Below are positions 43,840-45,741 of a DNA stretch of 45,741 bases, piece by piece. The stretch comes from a virus (taxonomy: Duplodnaviria > Caudoviricetes). The position numbers and the translations under genes were made by a program. The notes under the pieces were generated by a model. It did no database searches, was not told the origin of the DNA, and was given only the letters and a program-made list of their open reading frames with translations. How positions within the stretch are numbered: position 1 is the stretch's first letter; each line of letters starts with the position of its first letter. The stretch covers positions 1 to 45,741 of IMG/VR virus record IMGVR_UViG_3300025875_000050; one strand, written 5' to 3'.

Positions 43840-44382
43840 TCACTGGGCGGTGGCCTCGGCCACGGCGGACAGCTCGCGGGGCACGACCTCGCCCAGGATG
43901 GTGGGCCAGACCTCCGCGACGGCCTGCTCCAGGCCGGCGGCCACGAGCGCCACCTGGATGCCCTCGATCACGCGGCGCAGCGCGGCCTCCATGAACTCGC
44001 CCTGCTCGCGCTCGAGCTGCAGGCGCATCTCGGCGGGCTGGTCCAGGCCCAGGAGGCGGGCGCGGCGCTGCATCACGAGCACGATCGCGCGGACGGCGGC
44101 CGCCCTGGTCTCGGGGGTGCCGGCCTGGTCGGTGGCGTCGGCCCACAGGGACAGCTGCAGGGCGTCCAGGCGGTCGGCTTCCAGGTCGCGCAGCTCCTCG
44201 GCGGGCTCGGTGACGGTGCGGTCCATGGCGCGCTTCACGGCGTTGAAGGCGGTGGCCTTGTCGGCGTACTTCAGCTCGCGGGCGATGGTGGCGTAGGACG
44301 CGCCGGCCAGGCGGAGGTTGATCGCCTCGGCGGTGCGCTGGGCGGCGGACAGGCGTCGGGGGCTGGTCTTGGACTCGGCCAT
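43840..44382 (-). CDS. Probable terminase small subunit (HTH)
   Basis: A..LRLAGASYATIARELKY, ELRDLE.DRLD.L...LW, RRARLLGLD.P resemble actinophage TerS-type proteins. Confidence 0.7.
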   Translation of the reverse strand: MAESKTSPRRLSAAQRTAEAINLRLAGASYATIARELKYADKATAFNAVKRAMDRTVTEPAEELRDLEADRLDALQLSLWADATDQAGTPETRAAAVRAIVLVMQRRARLLGLDQPAEMRLQLEREQGEFMEAALRRVIEGIQVALVAAGLEQAVAEVWPTILGEVVPRELSAVAEATAQ

Positions 44383-45017
44383 CAGGCGCGGCCCCCGCCG
44401 GTGCCGGGGCGGCGGACCTCGACCGCGGACGTGGCGTCGAACTCGTGCTGGCACGACGGGCAGGTGATCACCCGGGTGCGGTCGCTGCGGAGGGGCGGCT
44501 GGGGGCCGGTGGGCAGGCGGGGTGCCTTGGCGGCGGCGTCGCGCACGCCCTTGGCCAGGCCGTCCAGGTCGTGGACGGACCAGCCGGTGCCCCGCAGGTT
44601 CGAGCCGAGGGCGGCGACGGACGCGGCCTGGCGGACGGGATCGTAGGTGGCCCGGTCGGAGTGCCGGTTGTCCCCGACGTTGATCTTCCTGGCGGCGACG
44701 TCGTCCACGTCGACCCACACCGCGGCGATCTGCTCCCAGCCCAGGCGGATCGCGGCGGCCAGGGTGTTGTTGCCGGCCAGCACCTCGTCGGGCCGGCCGG
44801 TGTGGGTGCCGCGGTTGACGGTGATCGGCTTGTACTGGGCCAGCTCGTCCAGGGACTCCGCGATGGAGGGGACGTCGCCTCGGCGGGCGTTGTCGACGTA
44901 GGGCTGCAGCAGGGCGACGTCGACCAGCAGGGCGGGGTCGTGGGCGTCGAAGCGCACCAGGTCGCCGGGGGCGGGGTTGTCAGCCCTGGTGGTTGCCGGG
45001 GGGCTCTCAGGCGGCAT
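44382..45017 (-). CDS. ParB/Srx-like N-terminal domain protein with C-terminal Zn ribbon
   Basis: LQPY..NARRGDV..IAESL...QYKPITVN...VLAGN.T..AA..LGW..I...DNR; CPSCQHEF. Confidence 0.9.
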   Translation of the reverse strand: MPPESPPATTRADNPAPGDLVRFDAHDPALLVDVALLQPYVDNARRGDVPSIAESLDELAQYKPITVNRGTHTGRPDEVLAGNNTLAAAIRLGWEQIAAVWVDVDDVAARKINVGDNRHSDRATYDPVRQAASVAALGSNLRGTGWSVHDLDGLAKGVRDAAAKAPRLPTGPQPPLRSDRTRVITCPSCQHEFDATSAVEVRRPGTGGGRA

Positions 45018-45285
45018 CGGTGGCTCCGGGGGATGTCTGCGGGGCGGGGGCGAGCTGCTGGGCGGTGGCGGGCTGCTGGGCGGTGGTGAGGCGGGCCAGC
45101 TCCTCGAGGGCGACGCGCAGGTTCCGGGCCTTGACGCCCACCACCAGCTCGTCGCCGTGGGGGGAGTCGCGGTCGGCGTCCAGGCGGTCGCTGCTGGCCA
45201 GGCCGGCGGTCAGGGCGGCGATGGCCTGGGCCGGGGTGGGGGTCGGGTGCTGGGTGCGTCGGCGGGTGCGACCGATGGTGGTCAT
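45007..45285 (-). CDS. Hypothetical protein (92 aa)
   Basis: GGAG RBS, ATGA overlap. Confidence 0.65.
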   Translation of the reverse strand: MTTIGRTRRRTQHPTPTPAQAIAALTAGLASSDRLDADRDSPHGDELVVGVKARNLRVALEELARLTTAQQPATAQQLAPAPQTSPGATDAA

Positions 45286-45587
45286 GGCAGGAGTCTCCGT
45301 GGTGGGCGGTCGGTGGGGGTCACGGTCCAGCAGCCGTCGCTGGCGGGCCGAACGGTCTGGCGGACGCCGGTCTGCTCGGAGGCGTCCACGGCCTCGCGCA
45401 GGGCAGCAGACCAGGCCCGGTGGTGGCCAGGGGCGTGCAGCGTCCAGTCGGGTTGGGCGGCGCGCATGGCCTGGGCGAAGCCGGTGCTGTCCAGGCGCAG
45501 CTGGACGTCCAGGGTGGCGAGCCGGCCGGGCCGGCCCAGGATCCGGTCCAGCAGGGTGCGCCGGCGAGTGATCGTGGCGGGGCTCAC
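45282..45587 (-). CDS. Hypothetical protein MSPATITRRR...
   Basis: GGAGG RBS, GTGA overlap. Confidence 0.65.
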   Translation of the reverse strand: MSPATITRRRTLLDRILGRPGRLATLDVQLRLDSTGFAQAMRAAQPDWTLHAPGHHRAWSAALREAVDASEQTGVRQTVRPASDGCWTVTPTDRPPRRLLP

Positions 45588-45712
45588 GGTGCGGACCTCC
45601 AGGTGGGCTCGGGGCGGGCCTGGTCCAGCGGTGGGACCAGGGTCAGGTGGCGGGGCGGGGGCGGCGCGGCGGGTCCCCACAGCAGGGCGGGGCCGTGCTG
45701 GTCGTCAGCCAC
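45584..45712 (-). CDS. Small hypothetical protein (42 aa, MADDQHGPALLW...)
   Basis: GAGGT RBS; stop overlaps the next start. Confidence 0.5.
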   Translation of the reverse strand: MADDQHGPALLWGPAAPPPPRHLTLVPPLDQARPEPTWRSAP

Positions 45713-45726
45713 GGGGTCCGACCTCG

Positions 45727-45741
45727 CGCAGGGACCGGCGG
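45727..45741 (+). repeat. Terminal direct repeat, right copy (CGCAGGGACCGGCGG)
   Basis: 14/15 identical to bases 1-15. Confidence 0.75.

Larger units (their letters stand above)
1..45741 (-). mobile_element. Actinobacterial siphovirus-type phage genome, probably complete and circular
   Basis: Terminase, portal, capsid, tail, tape measure, lysis, recombination and replication modules all on the minus strand; no host genes recognised. Confidence 0.95.

Noticed and set aside
44382-45017. ParB-like gene as a plasmid partition system
   Set aside because: Only the ParB/Srx N-terminal domain is present, with no HTH, no ParA and no evident parS; such genes are common beside terS

Overview
High-GC actinobacterial siphovirus-type phage. 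Every credible gene is on the minus strand, most joined by overlapping stop/start codons. In transcription order (right to left): small ORFs, ParB-like protein, probable terminase small subunit, about 6.5 kb of small accessory ORFs, terminase large subunit, HNH, portal, MuF-like protein, protease/scaffold, capsid decoration protein, major capsid, head-tail genes, major tail, frameshifted tail chaperone, tape measure, minor tails, lysis genes (holin-like, M15 endolysin, membrane protein), a two-gene operon, Xis-like HTH, HNH, PD-(D/E)XK exonuclease, phiC31-gp3-like protein, HNH, two wHTH replication genes with iterons and a DnaA box, and more small ORFs. The window ends share a 14/15-bp direct repeat, and joining them completes a broken ORF, so this is probably a whole circular genome. 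I found no integrase, CI-like repressor, ParA, polymerase or helicase. The most notable signals are regulatory: a sigma28 (WhiG/FliA)-type leaderless promoter with a BldM-like palindrome where the immunity cassette normally sits, a CACCCGNTCGG element at three promoters, and a GGTGGGTGGATCCACGC box at late-gene junctions. All calls come from reading the sequence and recalled motifs; no searches were run.
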